Assembly: GCA_030704615.1 (NCBI GenBank)
Contig: CM060733.1
Coordinates: forward strand, 31,868,001 to 31,932,000
DNA length: 64,000 nucleotides
Direction: 5' to 3'
Source: Takakia lepidozioides
Lineage: Eukaryota; Plantae; Bryophyta
The notes beneath the pieces were generated by a model. The model did no database searches. It saw only the letters and a program-made list of their open reading frames with translations, and was not told where the DNA came from. Within the stretch, counting starts at the first letter, position 1, and every line of letters begins with the position of its first letter. Position numbers and translations under genes: made by a program. This document shows positions 25,401 through 38,690 of the stretch, piece after piece.

Positions 25401-27903
25401 AAATCATACAGAAAACTTCCAGGAGTTTCACGCATACAAAAATTCGAGATACTGAACACCCTGGGAGGACCTGCGAGCAAGGGACTCACCACTCCATTGT
25501 CTGAAGTCCCAACTCTGGGGTCTGCACCCCCTTCCTCGAAAAATGAAGCCAACCCTTTCCTCAACTGTAACATCCGCCGCGCAATCATAAAAGTTGAAAA
25601 TTATACACACGTTAGCTAGAAAATATCTTTGCAATTACTATGTACTCTCAGAGTCAGCGCCTCCTACATAATTACTTTGTCCATCGAAAACATGGGATTA
25701 CGATGGCACATTCAAAAAGCTACTAACGTACAGTAGTGGGGAGCTTGTAATCTTCCATTTTTGTTGTGTTGTGTTGTGCTGTGCTCTGTTTTGTTTTGTT
25801 CTAAATTCTTGATTATGAGAAGAGCTCAGAAGACACATACTGGCACAATTTCGCCCGGGAGTGGTTCTTTCACAATTGGAGGGCGAGCCTTCAATTTAGC
25901 ACGCTCCCGTTGGCACATCATGTCCCTGGAGCCACTTGTGGTCCTATATTCGCTATGGCGGGTGTGATCCAAGTTCATCATGTAGTTAGGCTTCACGTTC
26001 TGGACCACCTGTTTCAGTTGCAATGTCTTGGAAATCTCATCAGAGAAGAACCCAGTTTTTATTATCACATCCTTGACATGGGTTCTGTGTACCGGATGTC
26101 TACCTTGGTTGGATTGTTATCATATCCAGCTCATCTATTCTTAAATCCTCCAACCACTAGGGCATAAAACTTGAGATTAGTTAGTTGACGGGGGGAATTG
26201 GAAAACCTGGGGCTTATGGCCTTGATAACCGGCTTCCTTGCTACCCCAAATCTCTCGACTGTACTGGTCAAGATCAAACAACATCATCTTGTCCTTTTCA
26301 GTGGGGCGTGGCATCTTAATGTCGTGATTAGCCGAAACATCATTCGCAGACTGGTATCCGCCATAGCCCGAAATATGCTTCCCACATTGTAACTCCTCTT
26401 GCCAAATCTTTTCCTCCAGATCTCGCACCTGCGAAAAACATGAGTTCACGATTATGGGAAGTTCTGTTTATACTAACATTACCTTTGAGAATCAAACCTA
26501 CATGCATAGTGGTGGATTAAATCTATTTACGTTCAGTAGGAGTTGCAAGATTCCTGCAAGTAACCACCCTTGTAATTTCATCTTAACCTTTTTGCATAAC
26601 ATCTCCATTGTTGCCCTGACTTTGTCCCTGTGTGGGATGTGGAGATTTTTTTATAAGCACCGACTAGGCATTTGCAACCGTCTACGTGTGTGAGTGTGTG
26701 AGAAGAGAGAGAGAGGGAAAGAGGGAGATGGAAAGATAGCTCTTGTGAGCTTCCGAGGACAGACTAGAGGGGAAGTTAGAGATCAACAACTATGTAGACA
26801 ATCGTAGTGGTCGTGGGTTCAAACTCTACATTCCGGAAGCATTTCAACAATCCAATAGAAAGCTGTCAGAAAATGAGTTTCTTCATATCCTTGCTTAGGT
26901 GGTAAAATGCCAAGGTATGGGTGGCTTTTCGAGATTTGCAGCATGAAAAGAAAGTATCATCGTTACGACGAAACCCTTCCTTCAAATTCAGATCGCAACA
27001 TCGAAATTCAGATACTGGACAAAACTATCGTGTGTGGTTCACAAGTCACAACTTCGAGGAAGCTTTGTCGATCTTGATTGGCAGCCTCCCCTACTCGACT
27101 TCACCAACAAATAGGAGGAGCACAGGTGAAACCCAATGCATGGCTGCCCTTTCCTCATAGTTTCCTTTCACATCTGATGATGCAGCACTACTTGGCACCT
27201 TTGGATACCAAGAGGTTTTCTATACAACTGTTTTTCCTGAGTTGATGGTTACTCGCAAACCCAGAATCTTGCGTACACTTTGCAATCTCCAGATGAGTGT
27301 GTTTTTATTGGAAACAATTGGCACAATTCTGTGACATCCACAAGACAAGAGATTACCAAACATCTAACTATCTTATGCAGCCAAGAAGGGCTCTTCAAAA
27401 TAATATGGAGTCAAAGACTGGCATTACCAACCAGCCTCAAATATTGAGGATATAAGGAGTCCAAATGGATTTCAGGAAACAAAACCCATCTGTCACAGGA
27501 ATAGGATACCAGGGGATTGTGAAGAATGCCTTGTGAGCACACGAAAGGAAACTCTCACATGGGATCTAGGATTTACTGATTGAATATCTACATGAAGTTA
27601 GGTGTCACACCCTTGTTGTTGATTCCATATCGAAGAAAATTACCACCAGAGCCCGTTAATACCATAATAATGCCTCCGCAGAAGCTTCACCAAGCCAAGA
27701 TAAGCATCCTGAAACTTCCAGGTAGTCAGAGGATACAATCAAGGTCCTTGACTTCCAACATTGAAATTACCAGACGACTTCAACCTTCAAATCAATTCCA
27801 AGGCCAATCCATACCACTTCAAAACAAAGCAAGTGCGGATGCCTCCATCGGTTATGGTTTGCTCGCAACGTATGCGAGAGAGATGGCGCAGGGAGCTTGA
27901 GAT

Positions 27904-30900
27904 TTATATCTCAACAGTGGCGGTGGCAGCATTTGGCTTCAAAGCTGGTGCCTTGACAAGCTGGCTGTAGTTTCCCTTCTCCTTGAAGAGCTGAGAGTAG
28001 TGGTGTTTGCAATAGAGCCGACCTTCAAGGGCTGCATAGTTGGAGGGGCTGATCACACAGCCCCCATGCACACACTTGAAGCAATTCTTGTGATAGGGAA
28101 GGCTTTCCACGCTTGTCTGTCCCACCAAATAAGTCACCCATAATTTTGTTCCTTGGTCTGTCTCGTTTGATGAATTCCTTGCATTCACTCCACAACCAGG
28201 TGGATAGCACGGCAGCCCCAAAATGCTCTCCTTGCACTAAAGGTGGAGTTTACAAAAGCAACTCTCTCACTTTTTCTCTTTACTTTCTTTTTTGAAAAGA
28301 GGAAACTTGGGCCAAAATCCCAGATCAGAGAGCAACTTCATGTACTGCTCTCTGTGGGCAAGTCCCAGATCAGAGAACCTACCTCTTCACATCCTGCCTT
28401 GCTTCCTCTCTGTCAAAATAAAACAATCAAAGAGATGCTCTGCTCTACATGTTCCATTCAAGTGAGGTCTTGCTCTCAAGCTACTATGGCTGCTTGTAAT
28501 GTGCGTTAAGTGGATAGATCTTACTGGGGTGGCCAGCTGTGTGAGAGATGGGTTGGTTTATATAATGTGGGGGAGGAAGAGGGACAAAGAATGTCACAAC
28601 AGGTAGCAATAGTTACCCTTTCAATGGGGTAGACTGTCTTGTTGCATGCAACACACTTCTCTTGAGTCCCGGAAAACAAGCGCGAAGCCTTTGAGGGTGT
28701 CTTGTTCTACATTCACTCCCATCCCCACCAAAATATATGTCACAATCTAAACCTCTCTGAATCCCCAATGTCACTTCTTCCTCTGCTTCACCCAAATCCA
28801 AGCACAGGTCAAGGGAAAATACATTGTGTGGAACTTACAACTTTTAGAGTATATTGTCTAGAGTACTTTGGGTTATATTTAAGGTAAGTACATCAGCCCT
28901 TTCACTTCGTGTGCCCTTTTCACTCTGCATGGGGAATGGCAGAACAACAACAGCCACTGCCAAAAACACTGACGGGCTAAAAACCCAAAATCAACTCTAG
29001 AAGGTGAGTGTCTGCAGGAAGTATGCTCTCAAAGGATCGTCAACAATGGTTAAATAAGTCCTCTCTGTCGTTGTTCTAATTTGTCCCACGAGCCCTTGGC
29101 TGTGGGTCTTTGGTTCACATGGTTTTCCTGTTTCATTCCTTCGGCTTTGAGCTGGTCTACTTGTGACATAAGTACAACACATAAAATTACGAAAATCACA
29201 AACAGTAGAACCACTCAAAGATCATGCGCTAGAGGGCCGCCCATGGGACAAATGTAGAACAGATTCCTGCATCACGAGTTATGACGTGCCCTTGGGTATG
29301 ACGTAGCTTGCAGGTACGCACCCTTGCAAAAATATCAGTGAAGGCAAGTAGAAAAATGAAATACGCACCAAATTGTTCAGCTGCTGGTCGAACGGAAGCT
29401 TATTTGGTGTTACCCCTGGCCCACATCAGCCCCACTTTCATCCCATCAAGAACTCTCTAAAGTTTTCATATCCAAACCTCAAAGCTGCTGGTAATGAGAG
29501 TGAGCTGCAATGCACCTAAGGAAAAGAACCGTACAATGGAGTGTTCCTGTGATTTGTGTGATTACAATTGCCTTCTACTGCCACAATAGTGTTTTATCTG
29601 TTTTCACCAACTCCTGCCTATGTATCCTTGGAACATTTAAATACTTGGGTCCAGCAAGTTATGTGGAGAACCTGGGATCCGATCTATGCAATATCCAATA
29701 ATGAGGTCTACACTTATGAGTGAATCCCTGTATTCTTGAAAGAGTAGAAGGCCAACCATCGGCACTTTTGTTCTCAAAGCTCTTCTCATAGCTACCGGTC
29801 AGCTTGAACAGCTGGTTGAAATGTGGCTTGCAGTAAAGGACCCCTTCCAAGGATGCATAATTCCCCAGCTGTCACAAGCAACACATAGTGAATGAGTAAG
29901 TTCATCAGGACTGCTTTTATGCTCTAGCAATTGACTAGGAACTTGCAACCGTGAAGTCGGGATCTTTTGTTGTGGAGCAAAGACAAATTAACTCACAAAC
30001 CAGCTACCATATAGTTAGTCTCCAAGCTCCAATACCAGTATTTCCCTCTAGCCTCCATGCATGCACCTTGTGCACAAAAGCAAAATACGGAGAAGACATC
30101 CAAGCCAAAACTCTGATGTTCACACTCGCACCAAAATCCCTGAACAGAATCTGAAGGAAGAAGACCAATTGTTACGACACTGGAAATGTGCCCAAATGGA
30201 GCCCCTAAAAACCTAAAACTTTGCATCAGCACAGAGCATAAATCTCTCGATGAAACGTTGTGAGCACTTTGGACACAGATGTCAGTCAGGAAGAGGGAAG
30301 GGATTTTATGCAGACTGCATAATTTACTTAAAAGATGTAGTTGCCCTGTTAGCAAAAAGGCTCACTGGATTGCCACGGAAAATGAGAAACCATTGAGCTT
30401 TCCCTTTCATGAGATCGATTGATTTGATGCGCACGTGACGATGTCCACTACTATTACTGGATGTGTATACGCCATGTTGATGTCAGCGTTCTCAACTGCA
30501 TGACATCTTCTGAACCGTTTTGACATGAAAGACACTACATTGATCCAATCTACTATCACAATGTTACTTCAGTGTTCATCCATGAACTCCCTGTTTTGCA
30601 TCGAAAAGCAGGAGAGAACAATAGGACCCGTACATTCACAATCACGGTGTGTGAATTCATCGTTGAGTGCGGCATTAGGGAAATAGACCCAGGGTGGTAG
30701 TGGGCGGGACTGGGGATGGAGAGATCAGCAGAAATAGCAACCAGTGAGGATCAGTGTTGGTAGCACTTGACCTCCAGAGCTTCTCGCCATTACCGGTACA
30801 GATCGAAATGCTGATAGTGGACGAGCATTGCACAGTTAAGAGAACGAGAACGGAGACAGTAGAGATCTGGGTAAAGAGCCACCACACCTTCAAGGTTCCC

Positions 30901-31022
30901 TTGCAATGGTTGCATCGGAAGCACGCCTTGTGGTAGATGATACCGTCGGCTGTCAACTGGTCGACCAGATACACCGTCTTCTGGCACGCCGTGCACTTGT
31001 GCTGTGTGCCTGAAAACGCCAT
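27904..31022 (-). CDS. WLIM: Plant two-LIM-domain actin-bundling protein (WLIM/PLIM family), 5 exons, ~198 aa
   Basis: Exon 1 is 31022-30888 ([27 protein letters not shown]). Exon 2 is 29868-29757 (alternative donor 29766; [17 protein letters not shown]). Exon 3 is 29415-29369 (least certain). Exon 4 is 28706-28617 ([20 protein letters not shown]). Exon 5 is 28116-27904 ([19 protein letters not shown]). All introns are GT-AG with compatible phases. Confidence 0.93.
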
Positions 31023-31403
31023 AGCGACCAAGCTCTCCCACACCACCCCACACCACCCCACACCTCTTCCTCTCTTCCCCTCCGAGCTTGTGTCAACGTC
31101 CTCGTGCTTCGGCAACGCAAGCCAATCCACCGAAACGGTTGGGAAGCAGCGCAGATCTGCCTCGCAAGCCTGGCGAGGAAGGATCGCTGGCGGGTGCACA
31201 ACATGCGCGTGTGCGAGAGACAGTCTCGCGAAGTGAGCAGTCTGTCTGTGAGCAGTCTGCCATTTCCCCGGCTACAGACCTTCAACAGACAGCACAGATC
31301 GCCCTCGGTTCAAATCCTCGCCACCACTACGATTGCAACGCCTCCAGAAATTCACAAGAAGGCTTACACTGTTTTCTTCTATAAGCAAATCGTGGGTTTC
31401 GAC

Positions 31404-33221
31404 CAGTGTTGTGCGGGTAGTGCCTTTTTAAGGAACCCGCCAGATCCGGGTTCGGGTTTTCTTTTGGAACCAAGTCCGGGTCCCGATCCGGGTTTTTGAA
31501 ATTTGGACAATCCGGGTTCGGGTCCAGGTAGTTGTTGGGAAATATTAGCAGGTTCACCGGATCCGGGTCCTAATTAATTTATTAAATAAATTGGACAAAT
31601 AAGATTTTTAATTAAGGATAAAGCTACTTTTGGCTAGAGAAAAAATCGTTTTTATTTTAAGACACGTTCCTTCAAAAACATACCATGAATATATATTGCT
31701 CATTTAACCCTTAAGTTCCCAAGCGACCTGAATCAGGTCACTTTGAATTTGTAGGTCGACCTATTTTTTGCAGATCTAATCTGATGGGGCCCACTCCCGA
31801 AGCTTTAATGACAAGGGATTTGTCTCCAGTATGATGGAAAAAAACAAAATTAAAAAAAAACAAAAGCTACAACGTACTCTCATTTACGTTTTGGGGCCTG
31901 AAAAGGGCTTGTTGACCGCTGACGTGGCAGGTAAACAAGCCCAAAACAGATTGCACTCCAAAGGCAATTTTTGGCAGAAAATTAGCAATCTTGGAAAAAG
32001 CGCTTCACCTTCTGGTGTGTGAGCATTACATACACACATCCACCATTGGCTTTTAAAAAATTTGTAGAAAAGTACTTCATTTGGAGGCACATTTTCTCTT
32101 GTCAATTTTGAGATTTCAACCCCCATGTAATTGCATGCATAGCAAGCATAGGTGAAAAAATCAGTTGGACCTGCAATTTAGTGGGGTCATAGCCACTCCA
32201 CTATTGATTTGGAAATGGTGGGTCTTGGGGCAAGCAAAATTGGATAAAGCTAGGTTATGATTTGGTCAAACCAATTTCTTTCTCACTTTTTCTTTGGGAC
32301 CTGATATTTGAGGTCCCGGCCAACGCTATAATCTCACAATTTGCATGGTGGACTTGGCTCATTTTTTGGTATGTCATGCATAAATGAGCTGGCCCATTGC
32401 TATAAGGCTGGAATCTCCAGATGAGTTTTAGGTTTCTAGGGGCAATTTACTGCAGCTGGGTACCCAAAATTGGTAAAAAGTAAAAAAAGGGCTTGGGAAC
32501 TTAAGGGTTAACGCAAGAATTAGAATAGAGTTTGAGTTCCATTCTTCAATATCAATTATTATTTTTTAAACATGTTAAGAATAGCAATCTGCCAAATATG
32601 CCAGTAATATGATTTAAACCAATAAATAAATGCCTCAAGGTTCATAGATCACTATAGCATTGATGTGTGGGAGCTGGCCTAATAATAATATCCCAAAGGC
32701 AGAAATTATGGTGTCACTGGACCCCAAAGGGTGTAACTGTGTGACACCAATCCGTGGATTGAACCCACAACCATTGTTGAGGTGGTATGTGGCCATTACC
32801 AATGAGCTACAACTTGGTGGGGGCTGGCAGGCTGCCACAGTGGCCTATTGCTGGCACACATTGCAAAACCTACCATCTAAGGCTTGGAATGGACATAATG
32901 ATTAATGAAATATATTCTTGTTCTCTCGAAGTGGCGGGTGTTAAGTGGGAGAACATGAGTTAATTACTGTGGGGCTATTCATTGCTCCATTCCTTTTGGA
33001 TCCATTGAAGTGTTCAGCCCCACCTAAAATTAAGACCCAGACCCTCACCCCCTACACTGGCCCGCAGGTAGCGGGTTCAAGGGATTCTGGACCTTGCAAG
33101 CGGGTCCGCGTCCGGTTCCGGGTTCATTCTAGAAGGTCAGGGTTCGGGTTTTTGGTGATGGCGCGGGTCCGGGTCCTAAACCGCCGGGTACCCCGGGGTC
33201 AAAACCTGGACCCGCACAACG
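31404..33221. mobile_element. Non-autonomous hAT-type element in the LIM upstream region
   Basis: The 8-bp TSD GTTTCGAC is at 31396-31403 and 33222-33229. The left TIR is CAGTGTTGTGCGGGT and the right TIR is ACCCGCACAAC(-)G with a 3-bp loss. CCGGGT(T/C)C subterminal repeats occur at both ends. Confidence 0.85.
31708..32507. mobile_element. Non-autonomous piggyBac-like element (800 bp) nested in the hAT element
   Basis: TTAA flanks both sides (31704-31707, 32508-32511). It has perfect 17-bp TIRs CCCTTAAGTTCCCAAGC / GCTTGGGAACTTAAGGG and no transposase ORF. Confidence 0.85.
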
Positions 33222-34299
33222 GTTTCGACGTGTGTCGTGGCAAACCAATCGGACGTGCTCTTGGGGTTATTATATTTTCTGCGGAAATGACTCCAATAAA
33301 GGGTTCAGTGATAACATAACTTATTAAGATTTTTTTTTTCTCCATTAATGTTATGGGTCTATGAATAAATAAAACATTATGGATTTCTTATGTGTTTTTT
33401 GCTCTCCCACCTTGATAAGTTCTTCAAATCGCTTATCTCCCTTTTCAGCTCCAACATTTCCTTTTTCCCTTTTCTTGTGGCGACACTACCATGGAAAAAC
33501 TGCATCCCATATCCTGCTTTTTGTCCCTGCTTCTTCACAGTCCATTTTAGGACTTCAGCCGCACAAATGGGGATGTTCTTTTTGCTCTGCAAATTCACTG
33601 GACATTAAAAAAAAACTTTTATTTTATTTTTATCTCCCACCTTGGTAAGTTCTTCAAATCGCTTATCTCCTCTTTCAGCTCCAACATTTCCAACATGCAT
33701 GTCTCCTTTCAGCTCCAACATTTTTGAGGCACTAATAGTCTTCCCCGATCTGCCCTCAACTCTTCGGAAGCAAACTCTCATGATTGATTTGTATAAAACA
33801 TTCAAGTTGTACCTTCCCAAAAGCTAGCATATATTATATGGAATCAGCTCTCCAATCACAATGTCGAGCACAAAAAAAAAAAACAAAAAAAAATGAGGTG
33901 TTATAAGAGCTTGAAGAGCTAATTAAGAGCAAAAGAAAATTGATACAAAAAAATGGGGCTAAAATAAAATGTCAGAGTGGAGCCCGCGGAAGTTCAAAGC
34001 TGACCAAAAAATCTGAAGCCAAGGCTCGGGAATTGGAGCAGACACGAGCTGCATTGGCCAGCTGTTGCAAAAGGATGGAGGGGGAGATCCGGAAAGCCAA
34101 ACACGTCCCAAAAGGGAATATGGTTGATGACAAGGAGATGTGAGAAAAATTTGTACAATTTTTTGGTCAGCAAGAGTGTTTGTGGGCGAGATGGGCCCTA
34201 TTGCAAATGATATCTTCTTCTCAAGTTTTACCAACAGATTAAAATCGTCAAATGTATTCAACTGGGGTCACTTAAGATTATTATAAAAAGTTTTAATCC

Positions 34300-37200
34300 C
34301 TCTGAAGAGCGTGTAGTTGTCGAGCTTCTTAAGTCATTTTTGAAGAATCCTTACGACGACACGGTGCCTCTAACGAGAGTAAGAGATGGGCACGTCCTCA
34401 TCAGCTTTGCTTGTCGTTGTCCTGTGCATTACAAGCTCAAGGTGGAGCTTGTATCTTTCCTTCCATTCCCAAGTTCCAAGTAGTCCAGTGCAAAGGTTAT
34501 AAGCACCATAATTTTGAATCTCTCGCAGACGTTTAGCATGTTTCAAAATGTCTCTAATTGTAGAACTCTCACTACCGCTTGCTCAATCACCAAGGTCGGC
34601 AATTTTATCCTCTTCGATTTTTTGGGCAAAACGATGTCCTTGGTTCGTGCATCCTCCTCTTCATTCCACATCCGAGGGGCTTCCTCATCCATCCTTGCCA
34701 TGTACTTTGTGCAATAGAACATAGCTTCTTGCAACGTATACCCCTCCGCCATGCTACCCTCCGGGTGCGCCATTTATCTTACAAATCCTTTCAAAGTCTT
34801 CATATAACGCTCAAGGAAGTACATCCACCGAGAATGAACGGGGCCGGCAATCGAAGCCTCTTCCACTAAGTGCACTACCAAGTGCACTTGGATGTCAAAG
34901 AAGGAGGGAGGAAGGTGCATCTCCAGCATACACATTACCTCCGCCGCCTCCTTCTTCATACGTGGAAAATCTGCTTCTTCCAACTCTTTGGAGCAAATCC
35001 ACCGGAACAAGCCTCCCAATCTATAGATTGTCTCACGAACCTCGGGAGTCAATGTCCCACGTACTGCAATGGGCAAGATGTCTTTGCAATAGATTGTGGT
35101 AGTCATGAGACTTCAAACCATGGACCCCGTCTTCTTCGCTGAACTTCGTACGGAGGGATGACCCATAACCAGTTGGTGTTCGGACAGCACTTATGGTGGC
35201 TATCATTTTCTTGTATTCATCCTTTGTCCATTGCCAAGATGCGCGCTTATACTTTCACCATACAACACCCTTTGGGTCCACACCATTTTGTTCGGCCCAT
35301 AGATGGTGCATGCGACCCTGCTCCTCAAGCTCCTTTCTAACACCGAGAGAATCTCCTTTTGCAGCCACTCCCTTTTTTGTCGGCGTGCCATGAAGAACCC
35401 GAAAAAGGGACGAGTAGACATTCTTCTCAATATGCATGGGATCTAGAAGATGGCGAATCTTCAGGTCCTACATATATCTTTTTTACGTAAAAGTGACAAT
35501 GCAACGCATACCAAATGTGGAATATCATATGCATGCATATAGATATTGACGGTGTTTTTGTGGAATATGTACCGCCCAATATGACAACTCGTAGAAGATT
35601 GAAAGTCGTTTCATGTCGGGCACGTCCACTTCACCGTCCGTGCCCGCATGGGCCTCCTTCCGTCGGTCCTCCCAAAACTGCCCGGACGGTGTCATAGGGG
35701 GGGACATACTTCCTCTTTGCCATCAAACAAGTGTTTCTCTCTTCTTCTCCATCGATGGCTCATAGGAAGAAATTTGTAGTAGTTGGGATACACCATCTTG
35801 TGAAGATGGCGGGAGCTATGTGCATCAAGATCATCGCCACAATGCAAGCATGCATGGTACCCTTTGGTGCTTAGCCCCGAGCAAACAGTTAGTCATGTAC
35901 TACACATCCCGCCACATTAGCAAAAACAAAAAGTTGTCATGTGCATGGCCTATAATGTCATCTACCCCACTACGGTGCACAAGACTGTCGCCGCTACTTC
36001 AATCAATCCCAATCCTCATCGATATTATCCGGCATTGACAAGTGAATGTACGCGGGTTGTTCATGGGGAACATAATATACCTGGATAATCATGCATTGTC
36101 CAAAGCAAGATGCCTCTCATCTGAAAAGATTGTCCGGCCATAAGGTCAAGTGAAGCATCCAATGTCGGGACCCCCCTCCATAGCTCTTTAAGTTCATCAA
36201 CAAGAGGTCGCAAGTACGTGTCCATGTTTGCCACTTGTTTTTTCCCTATGAGACATTCACATCATTGTTTCAATGCTCCACCAATATGCAGATTATACTA
36301 CAAAATGAATTACACGTCTTACTCCATGATTATGTCACTCATCAATCTTGCATCCGAATTGCGTCAGAGATCAGAAGTTTAATGTAAAGTCGAAGGCAAT
36401 AATAAACATGAAATGAGTACACTCACCTGACACAATGGCAGCCAACATGATATGGCCTTTTTTAATTGAAAGATACGGAGGGATGTTGTAATTCACCATG
36501 GTCACCGGCCAAGTGGAATGTCTACATGACTGGACAGAGAATGGGTTGACCCCATCCGAGGAGAAGCCGAGGTGGACATATCGTGGGTCCTCCAAGAGAA
36601 AATACCACATCTCTTCAATATGCCTCCATGCTTGTGAATCTTGTGGCCCGCACACCTTTCCCGGGAGGCTCCGATGCGAGGCGTGTCATCTCATGAGTCT
36701 GGCCAATTCGGGGCTTTGGTATTGTGCCCTCAATCGCGGGTTGATCGGAAAGTAATGCATTTTCTAGGATGAAATACCCCATGCCCCCCACATGTAATCA
36801 TCCCATTAGCACACATAATACAACACCCTTATGTCTTTCCCTTTATGCAGCCTCTCCCTCATTTGGGTGTGAATGGTCAAACCAAACGTCGCTCCTTCCA
36901 CTCCTCACTCACTCCTTCCAAAACCACAATCAGATCTTGCATGAGTACTACTCTCTAAACCCTAAACTTTGTGGAATACACTTTATATACATTGAGAAGA
37001 TTAAAGAAAATAATCTCCATGCGAGGGGGAATGGCGCTTATACCTTGCGTGGTACTTTTTTCCCTTGGACATCATCCCGATATCGGTCTTTCTTGCACTT
37101 TGGGCACTTGGTGAGATGCGAATCATCTCCGTAGTATAGGGTTTTATCACATGGACATGCATGAAAATCTTATAGCCCATCCCCACAGAGTCCAAGAGTT

Positions 37201-37680
37201 CGCGCGCCTCTTTCCGCGACCGTGGCATCTTGGGTTTCAAGTGTGGAACAAGGATATAGTCTGCAATAGTTCGCATTATGGCAGACATCCCAACATTACT
37301 TATGCCAAATCGAATTTGAAGATTGAGCAAAAGTAAGATTGTTGAAAGTCGACTCACTTTCGCCCCTTCGTACAATGGAGTTCTCGCCTCCCTCTCCATG
37401 TCATTTGAGGGGGCCATTTCAGGATCATTGATTTGCCGGGTTCCCTCTTCATGGGATGCATCAGCGCCCACATGATGCATTAAGAGATCCTCCATGGCTT
37501 GCACATCCTCCTGGTTAATTCCATGCTCATTGTTGTTGTCACTGTCGCTATCACTATCATAGTCATCATCGTCCGGTACCATGGGGGCGGCGTCTCGTCC
37601 ACGGCTCCCGCCTGATGTACTTGGGTTGTTTTTGGATAGGGTGCCAAGAAAAAAACCGGGAAGGAATGGACAAAATCCTG
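34300..37680 (-). pseudogene. CACTA Tnp2/TnpD transposase (Transposase_21 and DUF4218-type regions), disrupted
   Basis: ARTPLYEG; HACPCDKTLYY..CPKC; DSQAWRHI..DPRYVHLGFSSDGVNPF..STWPV..NYNIPP; LDPMHIEKNV; LPPSFFDIQVHLVVHL..GPVHSRWMYFLERYMKTLK..HPEGSMAEGY. It has frameshifts, stops (e.g. 34774), a deletion near 35130 and several introns. Confidence 0.92.
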
Positions 37681-38690
37681 ATACGAACAAATGAACATAG
37701 GGACATATATTATAATGTGTCTTTGCAACCATACACTTCATTATAAGCGAAATGCAAACAACAACCTTCAATGTGTGTGTGCATCAAATATGTCATTCAA
37801 TAATTACATGTATGTGCGCAACGTACACGCATGCAAAGTTTCAAACCCAAACAAAATCATTTGCCCCCCCAATGACGCATTCACCCTATCAACCAATTTT
37901 TATTTATTAATGTGAAAGAAAATCCTCTCATGCCATTGCACCCAACAAACGGATGTGGCTCAAGCTTCATTTTTTCCTGAATATGTGTGCAACACCTGTA
38001 CAAAGATCCAGTAGGGAAAAGAAAAGAAAAGAAAAGAGAGAGAAAGAAAAAGAAAAAAAAGAAAAAAACCTCCCCAACGACGCACTCACCCTTGCACCAA
38101 TTTTGAATTAAATCGAATTTAAATAATTTTTTGCATTTAGAAAATATATGATTGCGGTATTGAGGGGCGTAATGATTTTATTTTTAGCTCTATTTTGTTC
38201 TGTGACATCGGGCTTTACACCACTACATCCATGCAAAAAATGGGACAAACAAAAAATGGAAAAAAAAAAAAAAAAATGTGTTTCTAGGGTCACTTTTGCA
38301 TAACTCTATATGAAGAGTGCATGAAGTTGAAGATAACTGAACTTTGGAGTGCAAATGAGAGAACAAAATCTGGTTATGGGTCCAAATGACTTTTTTTACT
38401 CCCAAATTTTGCATGCACATTGCATATGTTATCATTAAGCATATGGCTTGAAAAATGGAATAAAAAAAAATCATCTGCAGGCGAAACACAATTTTCCGTC
38501 TCTATGACACGTAGATGCGTTCAACACTAGAATGACCCATTGAATCAACTTGGTTCAAGCTCATATTTGGTCCACATGTGCATAAGTATGTTGAGATCAC
38601 ATATGCAAAGTTGCAACCCACACGAGCAACAAGAAAAAATTTTACATCAATCGATTAATCGGATGTATACAAAGTACATCATGAGAATAT

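Noticed and set aside
25826-26449. Two protein-like minus-strand ORFs behind a TTTCGCAG acceptor
   Set aside because: Stops lie between them, no domain is recognisable, and no gene model could be built.
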